Assembly (NCBI GenBank): GCA_046290225.1
Contig: JBKAGE010000057.1
Coordinates: forward strand, 1-63,659
Direction: 5' to 3'
DNA from: Bradymonadia bacterium
GTDB lineage: Bacteria > Myxococcota_A > Bradymonadia > UBA7976 > UBA1532
DNA length: 63,659 nt
Shown: piece by piece, positions 42,204 to 50,047 of the stretch
Layout of the letters: each line of letters opens with the position of its first letter
How positions within the stretch are numbered: the first letter of the stretch is position 1
Program-made: the position numbers and the translations under genes
The notes under the pieces: generated by a model
Databases searched by the model: none
What the model was told of the DNA's origin: nothing
What the model saw: the letters and a program-made list of their open reading frames with translations, nothing else

Positions 42204-43010
42204 ATGCGTGGCTCTGTCAGGAACATCGACGTGCAAACCGCCTACACCCTGAACGTCGCCGGTCAGACCGACACCGGTCAGGTCCGTGCCCTCAATGAAG
42301 ACAACCTGGGCCTCAACCGCTCGGAGCAGCTCTTCGTCGTCGCCGACGGCATGGGTGGCGAGGCCGCCGGCGAGGTGGCCAGCGCTCTCTCAGTCGAAGC
42401 CCTTACCGAGTTCTTCAGGGTCACAGGGGAAGACACCGACGTCACGTGGCCCTTCAAGACCGACGAATACGCCGATCTGCCCACGTCTCGCCTCGTCACC
42501 GGGGTGCGGCTCGCCAACCAGAGGGTCTTCGAGTCCTCACAGAAGGCCAGCCAGCACCGCGGTATGGGCACCACCCTCGTGGCTTTGCACATCGACGGAG
42601 AGCAGGCCTATGTGGCCCACGTCGGTGACAGTAGGGTCTATCGTTTGAGGGCGGGCGAGTTGACCCAGCTCACCCGAGATCATTCTTTGCTCGAGCAGCT
42701 GAAGTCGCTGCGGCCGAACATGAGTCAGGCAGAGATAGACGCCTTCCCCTACAAGCACGTCATCGTGCGCGCCCTGGGCAAAGAGGAAGACGTCGAGGTG
42801 GACGTGTGGATGGGTGGGGTCGAGGCCGGCGATGTATTTTTGCTGTGCTCCGACGGCCTCTCCGGCATGATCACCGATGCGCAGATCTCCGAGATCCTGA
42901 GCGCGCACAATGAGCCCGAGGCGGCCTGTGACATGCTCGTCGAAGCTGCCAACACCGCCGGGGGCAAAGACAACATCACCACCGTGGTGGTGCGCGTCGA
43001 AGAGGCCTGA
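42204..43010 (+). CDS. PP2C-type Ser/Thr phosphatase (Stp1/IreP family)
   Basis: NED, VVADGMGG, GMGTT, HVGDSR, LCSDGL and GGKDNIT motifs. Confidence 0.95.
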   Translation: MRGSVRNIDVQTAYTLNVAGQTDTGQVRALNEDNLGLNRSEQLFVVADGMGGEAAGEVASALSVEALTEFFRVTGEDTDVTWPFKTDEYADLPTSRLVTGVRLANQRVFESSQKASQHRGMGTTLVALHIDGEQAYVAHVGDSRVYRLRAGELTQLTRDHSLLEQLKSLRPNMSQAEIDAFPYKHVIVRALGKEEDVEVDVWMGGVEAGDVFLLCSDGLSGMITDAQISEILSAHNEPEAACDMLVEAANTAGGKDNITTVVVRVEEA

Positions 43011-43013
43011 GGC

Positions 43014-44210
43014 CTACTCCACCGCCACGATCACGCCAGCACCCACGGTGCGGCTGCCCTCTCTCAGGGCGAAGCGGCTGCCCACCTCGAGACCCACCGG
43101 GCGGCGAAGCTCGAAGTCCAGCGTGGCCCGATCCCCAGGGTTGATCCGACCAGACTCACCGCTCGAAGTGTCCGCCACCGACAGGATGGTGCCAGTGACG
43201 TCCGTGGTGCCGAAGTAGAACTGCGGCTGGTAGCCTACAGCGAAGGGCTTGGTGCGGCCCCCCTCTTTGGCAGAGAGCGCGTAGAACTCCGCGCGCCCCT
43301 TGGCGTGAGGCTTCACCGAGCCTCGGGCGGCGAGCATCTGGCCTCGGGCCACCTCGTCGCGACCAAGCCCGCGGAGCAGCAGCCCCACGTTCATGCCCGC
43401 CTCCACCTGAGTCACGTTCCGGCGGAACGCCTGCGTGCCGGTGATGACCACCTTGCGCAGAGGATCGTCCGGATCAGTGAGCCCGACGATCTCCACCTCG
43501 TCGCCCACACGGGCGATGCCTCGGCTGACGCGGCCAGTGACCACCGTGCCTCGACCGGAGATGGTCATGACATCTTCGATGGGCATCATGAAGGCCCCCT
43601 CGATGTCACGGACCGGATCAGGGATGTGGCTGTCGAGGGCCTCGACCAGAGCATCGATACATGCCAGGGCCTCGGCACCGTGATCGCCCGACTGCACCGC
43701 CTCGAGGGCCTTCAGGGCCGAGCCCTTGATCATGGGGCTGCCACCAAAGCCGTGCATCTCCAACAGCTCGGCGGTCTCCAGCTCCACGAGCTCGAGCAGC
43801 TCCGGATCGGAGATGTCGACCTTGTTGATGAACACAACCACGTGGCTCACACCCACCTGGCGGGCGAGAAGTACGTGCTCCCGGGTCTGGTCCTGAGGCC
43901 CCTGAGAGCCATCGACGAGCAAGATCGCACCGTCCATCTGAGCGGCGCCGGTGATCATGTTCTTGATGTAGTCCGCGTGGCCAGGGCAGTCGATGTGGGC
44001 ATAGTGACGCCCCTCGGAGACATACTCCACATGGGTGGCGTTGATGGTGATGCCCCGAGCCTTCTCTTCTGGCGCTCGGTCAATTTGATCGAATGCCACC
44101 GCTGCACCGCCATGGCGGACCGCCTGCACTGCAGTGATCGCTGCAGTGAGGGTGGTCTTGCCGTGATCGACGTGACCGATGGTACCGACGTTGACATGGA
44201 TGCGCTTCAT
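43014..44210 (-). CDS. tuf: Divergent elongation factor Tu paralogue
   Basis: [39 protein letters not shown] and GSAL motifs, with all three domains present. AAAGGA RBS before ATG 44210. Not in a str or tRNA operon context. Confidence 0.92.
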   Translation of the reverse strand: MKRIHVNVGTIGHVDHGKTTLTAAITAVQAVRHGGAAVAFDQIDRAPEEKARGITINATHVEYVSEGRHYAHIDCPGHADYIKNMITGAAQMDGAILLVDGSQGPQDQTREHVLLARQVGVSHVVVFINKVDISDPELLELVELETAELLEMHGFGGSPMIKGSALKALEAVQSGDHGAEALACIDALVEALDSHIPDPVRDIEGAFMMPIEDVMTISGRGTVVTGRVSRGIARVGDEVEIVGLTDPDDPLRKVVITGTQAFRRNVTQVEAGMNVGLLLRGLGRDEVARGQMLAARGSVKPHAKGRAEFYALSAKEGGRTKPFAVGYQPQFYFGTTDVTGTILSVADTSSGESGRINPGDRATLDFELRRPVGLEVGSRFALREGSRTVGAGVIVAVE

Positions 44211-44448
44211 GGCGGCTTCCTTTCTCTGATCCCACACTGAGGGATCTCAGATGGCCGGTTGGGTTCGAGTCGTGCAGCCGGCCGCTGCAGGTTGGAAGCG
44301 TATCCACCATTGGATACACCTCTGAAACTGTCTTTATATAGATGTGACTATCGCGTGCCATCGACTGATGGTGCGCGAGCCAGATGATGGATGCCATCTC
44401 TCATCTGGTGACTTCAGGGCCTCGACACGGGGTCGAGATCGAGGCCAG

Positions 44449-44488
44449 AAAATGAAAAACCCGCCGTCGGTCAAGCCGAGGGCGGGTT
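44449..44488 (-). terminator. Intrinsic terminator (attenuator) in the tuf leader
   Basis: Minus-strand RNA reads AACCCGCC-C-UCGG-CUUGA-CCGA-C-GGCGGGUU followed by UUUCAUUUU. Confidence 0.85.
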
Positions 44489-44515
44489 CGTCAGAATCCT
44501 GATTTTATAAGGATT

Positions 44516-44635
44516 CTAGCCGAGTCCACCCCCCTCGGGGTCGAGCAACAAGTCGCTCGACGACAACAACGACACTGACAGCAACTGCGAAGCGCAGAGG
44601 CACTGGTCGACAAGGGTGGAGAAGCGGCGGTACAT
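44516..44635 (-). CDS. Putative 39-aa leader peptide MYRRFSTLVDQCLCASQLLSVSLLSSSDLLLDPEGGGLG
   Basis: Lies between the promoter and the terminator, with AAGGTG 9 nt upstream of the ATG. Its last codons carry the antiterminator strand. Confidence 0.65.
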   Translation of the reverse strand: MYRRFSTLVDQCLCASQLLSVSLLSSSDLLLDPEGGGLG

Positions 44636-44669
44636 GTTCTGGCACACCTTTTTCGAGTGAACAGTGAGG

Positions 44670-44698
44670 ACTGTAATCACATGCACTGAGTGCGTCAA
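44670..44698 (-). promoter_or_regulatory. Sigma70 promoter of the leader-tuf transcript
   Basis: TTGACG-17 nt-TACAGT on the minus strand. Confidence 0.7.
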
Positions 44699-44766
44699 TA
44701 CATTTTTCTGAGAGACTGTCTCGGAGGTGCTTTCAGAGGCAGGCAGCCATGGCTGTGCTTGGGTGC

Positions 44767-45513
44767 TCAGGCAGGTTGTTCAGTGGCCTCAGTGGGGTTC
44801 TCCGGGGGATTGAAGAAAGCCCAGGTGGTGCCCACCACGAGGTAGAACAGGCACAGGAAGAACATGTACTCCGGCAGGAACTGCAGCGGGCCCGCCACGT
44901 ACACGAAGACGATGTTGGCGATCTGGCCATAGTGGGCGAGCTTGTTCTTGCGGGGCTTCAGCTTGGGCAGACGGACATTGCTCACCTCAAGCACGCCACC
45001 CACCACCAGCAGACCCGGCAACACCTTCACCCAAATCGGATCCGTCGTGTGGATCGAGATGGTCAGGTAGTAGGTGGCGATGATGGCCCCGATGAGGGTG
45101 GTGGGGATCCCATAGAAGATCTTGTCGCCTCCAGGCGGCTCGCTCACGTTGAATCGGGCAAGACGAGCGGAGACCGCAACGACGAAGGCACCACCTGCAA
45201 GCAGGAGCAGCACCTCGTTGGTGGGATCCTGGAAGGCGGGCATGTCTCTGAGGCGGAAGACCACCAGAGCTGCGGGGGCGATGCCGAAGGACACGAAGTC
45301 GGCAAAAGAATCGAACTGGACCCCGAACTCGCTGCTGGCGTTGAACAGCCGAGCAGCGCTGCCATCGAGCTTGTCGAGCAGCACACCCCACAGAATCATC
45401 CAGGCGGCGAGGGTGAAGTTACCCGATGTAGAGCAAGCCACCGAGGCCAGCCCAAAGAGCATGGATAATGCCGTAAAGCTGTTGGGGATCAGGTATTTGG
45501 CGTTGGATTGCAT
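44767..45513 (-). CDS. pssA: CDP-alcohol phosphatidyltransferase (PssA-like)
   Basis: IPNSFT, DKLDGSAAR....SEFGVQFDSFADFVSFGIAPA, RLARFN and FYGIPT motifs. Confidence 0.85.
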   Translation of the reverse strand: MQSNAKYLIPNSFTALSMLFGLASVACSTSGNFTLAAWMILWGVLLDKLDGSAARLFNASSEFGVQFDSFADFVSFGIAPAALVVFRLRDMPAFQDPTNEVLLLLAGGAFVVAVSARLARFNVSEPPGGDKIFYGIPTTLIGAIIATYYLTISIHTTDPIWVKVLPGLLVVGGVLEVSNVRLPKLKPRKNKLAHYGQIANIVFVYVAGPLQFLPEYMFFLCLFYLVVGTTWAFFNPPENPTEATEQPA

Positions 45514-45744
45514 GGGCGTTCCCTTCGGCGACCGGGGCTGTGACATCACGGGGATTCACAGGCCTCCGGAGGCAGACACAAGCGTCTTAGGCTAATGCTG
45601 GTGAGTGCTGAGTGCAAACCCCAGTGGTTTTTCTTGGTGGGCAGATGACGTTCAGTGTGGTCTCAAGAAGGGGGAGCGCTTACACTATCGTTCATTCTGG
45701 TTGATGCAAAATTACGCATATGCACGGCGCATGATGGAGGCCCG

Positions 45745-48700
45745 ATGTCCCAGTTTCGTACACGTAAACTGCCTTTGGGGCGTTTGCTCGGTTCAGCATT
45801 GCTCTTGAGCGCTGGTGTTGCTGGTGCGAGCACTGGCTATCATCACTGTGCCATCAGCGACACCGGCACGTTGAAGTGTTGGGGCTACAATGGCTATGGC
45901 AACCTCGGCACGGGTGATGACACCACCATCGGTGATGGTCCAGGTGAAGTGGCGGGCCTCGCCGAGGTCAACCTCGGCACCGGGCGCACCGCGCAGCAGG
46001 TGGTGCACGGCAACCATCACACCTGTGTGTTGCTCGACGACGCTTCAGTGAAATGCTTTGGCCGCAGCACTTACGGGACCATTGGGCAGGGCAACCACAA
46101 CACCATCGGTGATCATCCATCGGAGATGGGCGACGGCCTGCCCACCATTGACTTGGGCACCGGCCGCACCGCTGTTCATCTCACCGCCGGGCTCGAGTTC
46201 AATTGTGCCATCCTCGACGATGGTGGGGTGAAGTGTTGGGGTCGTAATGTCGATGGTGCTCTGGGCCGTGGCGACGATCTCAGCATCGGCGATCACGTCG
46301 GAGAGATGGGCGATGCGCTGCCATATGTCGACTTGGGGACCGGCAGAACTGCGGTGCAAATGTCGTCGGGCTACTATCACACCTGCGCATTGCTTGATGA
46401 CGCCTCGGTGAAGTGCTGGGGCCAGAATGGCTTTGGTCAGCTCGGCACCGGAGACACCAACAGTCGAGGTGATTCGCCCAACGAGATGGGTGACAACCTG
46501 CTGCCCGTCGATCTGGGCACAGGGCGCACCGCTGTTCAGGTGAGCGTGGGGCTCTATCATGCCTGTGCTGTGCTCGATGATGGCAAGGTCAAATGTTGGG
46601 GTCACAACAGCTATGGTCAGCTTGGCCAAGGCAACACGACCCGGCGCGGTGACAATGCCGGTGAGATGGGTGACGCCCTTGCGTATGCCGAAATCGGGAC
46701 AGGGCGCACCGTTGTTCAGCTCGTCTCTGGCAACTACCACAACTGCGCCATACTCGATGATGCCTCGGTGAAGTGCTGGGGCTTCAACACGCCTGGTAAC
46801 CTCGGCTACGAAGATGCTGATCACCGTGGCGACGGGTCCAATGAGATGGGCGACAACTTGCCGGTGGTGAACCTCGGCACTGGCCGCACCGCGAGCATGC
46901 TCGGCGCGGGCTATCACAGCCAGTGTGCGGCTCTGGACAATGGCGAGGTGAAGTGCTGGGGCAACAACAGCTATGGCAACCTCGGCTATGGCTACACCAG
47001 TCACGTGGGCAACGCAGCCGGCCACATGGGTGACAACCTCGCCGTGGTGCCGTTGAACTTCACGGCGGTGTCCATCGCCAACGCCAACCTGGCTGCTGTA
47101 TGCCCAGACGGCGACGATGATGGTGTCTGCGATGAGAGCGACAACTGCCCAGTGACAGCGAATGCTGATCAGGCGGATGGCGACGGCGATGGCCTCGGCG
47201 ACGTCTGCGATGCCTGCCCTGCGGGCCAGGCCGATGACGACGGCGATGATGTCTGCGATGACGTCGACAACTGCCCCACGGTGGCCAACCCGAACCAGAC
47301 CGATGACAACGGTGATGGCTATGGCGACGCCTGTGTGAGCCTTGCCGCTGACATCGACCCTACAGCCGTGCTCGGCGCGGGGGTGGTCATCGGCGATGAC
47401 GCCGTGGTGGGTGCGTACAGCAACATCGGTGACGGTGCCACGGTTCGCGGCACAGTGGGCTCGAGCGTCGTCATCGGTGCCGGCAGCACCGTCTCTGACG
47501 GCTGCAACGTGGCCAACAGCGCTCGCATCGGCGCCAACACGGGGCTCGGCGTCGACTGCACGGTGGGGATCCTCGCCGTCATCGGAGACAACGTCAGCGT
47601 CGGCGTCCGTGGCCAGCTGGGCAGCAAGGCCAACATCGGCAATGGCTCGGTGCTCAACGACGATGTCAGCGTGGGTATCCTCGCCCAGGTGGGTGAGAGC
47701 AGCGTGTTGTCGAATGGCGTGCAGATCGGCAACAACGCCCGAGTGGGGGCCCGCACCGCCATGGGCACCAACGCTCGACTCAACGGCAACGCCGTGGTCG
47801 GTGACGATCTCATCCTCGGGGCCAACAGCATCATCGGTGAGAACGCCGTGGTGGGCCATCGAGCCAACATCGACGCTGACAGCACTGTGGGCCCCTATGT
47901 GACTGTGGGCGATGACTTCACCATGGCCAATGAGTCAGAGATGGCCGCCGGCGCCAGTGCCGGCGACAACGTGAGCCTCGCCAGTGGCGTTGAAGTTCGC
48001 GGTGAGCTCGGCCATCGGGTGGTGCTGGGCCACAACGCCTTCGTGGGCAACCAGAGCAGCCTCGGTGACGACACCACCCTCGGCAGCGACTCCGCCCTGG
48101 GCATCTTCGTGAGCATTGGGGCCCGGTGCACCATCGGCAACGGCACTGCGATCTTTGACGGCGCCCAGATCGGCGACGACGGCACCATCGGCGACGAGAG
48201 CACCATCTTGTTCCGGGCCAACCTCGGCGCCAACGCCGACATCGGCGATCGCTGCATCGTCGACGAGCAGATCGACGCCGGTGACAACTTCACCGTGGGC
48301 AACGACAGCCGGCTGTGGCCCCGAAGCATCTACGGCAACAACGTCACCATCGGTGAGCGGGTGCTCATCCGCGACAGCGGCACTTTCGGCAACGGGGTGA
48401 CCATCGAAGATGACGTGATCATCTTCCCTGAGACCACCATCGGCGAAGACAGCACTGTGCGGGCGGGCATCAACATCGGCGTGGCCGATTGCCCCACGCG
48501 GGTGTGCGGACAGGTCACTGTGGGCGGCTGCAGTGACATCAGCGCCGATCTGAGCCCTGCTGCCGAGATCGAAGGCGGCTGTCTGGGGAACACGCCTGAG
48601 GGCGCCGCGGTGAACTGTCAGGCCATCGCCGACAGCGGTGGGGTCGACGGCGCCTACTGGCTCGACCCTGATGGCGACGGCGCCAGCGAGCCGTTCCAGG

Positions 48701-49980
48701 TGTGGTGTGAGATGGACATCGACGGCCTCGCCTATGCGGTGCTCCATCACGACGTCTACGCCAACGCCCGCACCGCCAGCAACGCGCCGAGCGCTGATGC
48801 CGGGTGGAGCATCGACTTCAGCGACGGCACCGATCTTTCGATCCTGCCCTTCAGCGACTTCTACTTCGAGCTGCCCGGCATCTACAGCAAGGCATTCAAC
48901 GAGGTCACCGCCCATGGCAGCGGTAGCCGGTTCAGCATCCGGAACTTCTTCGGCGCCCGGAACCAGAACGGCTGGACCTGCGATACCGAGAACCATTACG
49001 CCGGCAACTGTGATTTCACGACCCACGCCGACACGCGTCACTGGGGTTTGTGGGAGAGCAACACCGCGTGTTGCATCGGCGCCTCTGGTGGCGGTTACTG
49101 GTTCTATTCCATCAGCGCCAGCCTCGGCACCGAGAACTATGGCATCTGCAGTGACGGTTACCCCCTGGGCGCGAATTACGTGGGCAGTCAGGATGGGTGT
49201 GATGCGGGACTGTCCGCCCCTGCAGATGACGACGTGCAGGTCTACAAGCTCGCCGTGCGGTTGCTCGACCTCACCCAGGCGTTGCCCCAGGATGGCTTGA
49301 CCCCCGAGAGCGCGGGTGACTCGTGCAAGGCTCTGCTCGACGATGGCCAGAGCACTGGTGATGGCCTCTACTGGATCGACGTCGATGGTGATGGGGGCTT
49401 CGAGCCGATCCGCGTCTGGTGCGACATGACCACCGAGGGCGGCGGCTGGATCGTGCTTCACGACGATCTGTACCTCTACGCCCGCAACCCTCGAAACGAC
49501 CCCTCTGCCGACTCTGACTGGAGCATTGACTACCGGTCCGCTGGCTCGCCTCTGCTCAACTACGCCATCACCGACTTCCACTTCGAGGTGGACAACGGCC
49601 CGGCGAAGCTCTTCGAAGATGTGGTGGCCTTCAACACCAACAACCGTATGACGCCTCGGCAGCTGTTCTACGGAGATCACAGCCAGAGCTGGCAGTGCAA
49701 CACCGACACGGGTGCGGGGGGCTGCTATTTCACGACTCAGACCGACAACCGTCACTGGGGCGTCTGGGAGTACACCACGGGATGCTGTCTCGGTGGGGGC
49801 ATCGGCGGTTTCTGGTTCTACTCCAACCAGCCTTCACAGGGAGAAGCCCAGAACTACGGCATCTGTGGGGGCGGTTACCCCAACGGCGTGCTCGCCGCAA
49901 ACGTGAGTGGTTGCAACGGTGGAGTCAATTACACCGCGACTGCCAATGGCCAGCGAGGCTACGTATTGCGCATTCGCTAA
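45745..49980 (+). CDS. Large secreted protein: seven RCC1-like repeats, TSP type-3 repeats, a long hexapeptide (left-handed beta-helix) region and two fibrinogen-like (CDM...GGW) domains
   Basis: Signal peptide; seven KC[WF]G..LG repeats; DNCP..AN..Q.D.DGDG.GD.C repeats; [IV]G.... hexads; YW[LI]D.DG.G......VWC[ED]M twice. GGAGG RBS. Confidence 0.85.
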   Translation: MSQFRTRKLPLGRLLGSALLLSAGVAGASTGYHHCAISDTGTLKCWGYNGYGNLGTGDDTTIGDGPGEVAGLAEVNLGTGRTAQQVVHGNHHTCVLLDDASVKCFGRSTYGTIGQGNHNTIGDHPSEMGDGLPTIDLGTGRTAVHLTAGLEFNCAILDDGGVKCWGRNVDGALGRGDDLSIGDHVGEMGDALPYVDLGTGRTAVQMSSGYYHTCALLDDASVKCWGQNGFGQLGTGDTNSRGDSPNEMGDNLLPVDLGTGRTAVQVSVGLYHACAVLDDGKVKCWGHNSYGQLGQGNTTRRGDNAGEMGDALAYAEIGTGRTVVQLVSGNYHNCAILDDASVKCWGFNTPGNLGYEDADHRGDGSNEMGDNLPVVNLGTGRTASMLGAGYHSQCAALDNGEVKCWGNNSYGNLGYGYTSHVGNAAGHMGDNLAVVPLNFTAVSIANANLAAVCPDGDDDGVCDESDNCPVTANADQADGDGDGLGDVCDACPAGQADDDGDDVCDDVDNCPTVANPNQTDDNGDGYGDACVSLAADIDPTAVLGAGVVIGDDAVVGAYSNIGDGATVRGTVGSSVVIGAGSTVSDGCNVANSARIGANTGLGVDCTVGILAVIGDNVSVGVRGQLGSKANIGNGSVLNDDVSVGILAQVGESSVLSNGVQIGNNARVGARTAMGTNARLNGNAVVGDDLILGANSIIGENAVVGHRANIDADSTVGPYVTVGDDFTMANESEMAAGASAGDNVSLASGVEVRGELGHRVVLGHNAFVGNQSSLGDDTTLGSDSALGIFVSIGARCTIGNGTAIFDGAQIGDDGTIGDESTILFRANLGANADIGDRCIVDEQIDAGDNFTVGNDSRLWPRSIYGNNVTIGERVLIRDSGTFGNGVTIEDDVIIFPETTIGEDSTVRAGINIGVADCPTRVCGQVTVGGCSDISADLSPAAEIEGGCLGNTPEGAAVNCQAIADSGGVDGAYWLDPDGDGASEPFQVWCEMDIDGLAYAVLHHDVYANARTASNAPSADAGWSIDFSDGTDLSILPFSDFYFELPGIYSKAFNEVTAHGSGSRFSIRNFFGARNQNGWTCDTENHYAGNCDFTTHADTRHWGLWESNTACCIGASGGGYWFYSISASLGTENYGICSDGYPLGANYVGSQDGCDAGLSAPADDDVQVYKLAVRLLDLTQALPQDGLTPESAGDSCKALLDDGQSTGDGLYWIDVDGDGGFEPIRVWCDMTTEGGGWIVLHDDLYLYARNPRNDPSADSDWSIDYRSAGSPLLNYAITDFHFEVDNGPAKLFEDVVAFNTNNRMTPRQLFYGDHSQSWQCNTDTGAGGCYFTTQTDNRHWGVWEYTTGCCLGGGIGGFWFYSNQPSQGEAQNYGICGGGYPNGVLAANVSGCNGGVNYTATANGQRGYVLRIR

Positions 49981-50047
49981 ATTGCATGCGTATGTTGGTC
50001 GACGGGAGGAGCTGACTTATCATCTGCCCATGGGAAGGGTGGAATGA

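Noticed and set aside
44636..44698. 60-aa version of the leader ORF starting at TTG 44698 (ORF track)
   Set aside because: That TTG is the -35 box of the predicted promoter and lies upstream of the expected transcription start. ATG 44635 fits better.
45850..47050. Periodic DNA repeats of about 171 nt as a CRISPR array or DGR
   Set aside because: They are degenerate in-frame RCC1 coding repeats with synonymous variation. No cas or reverse transcriptase gene is present.
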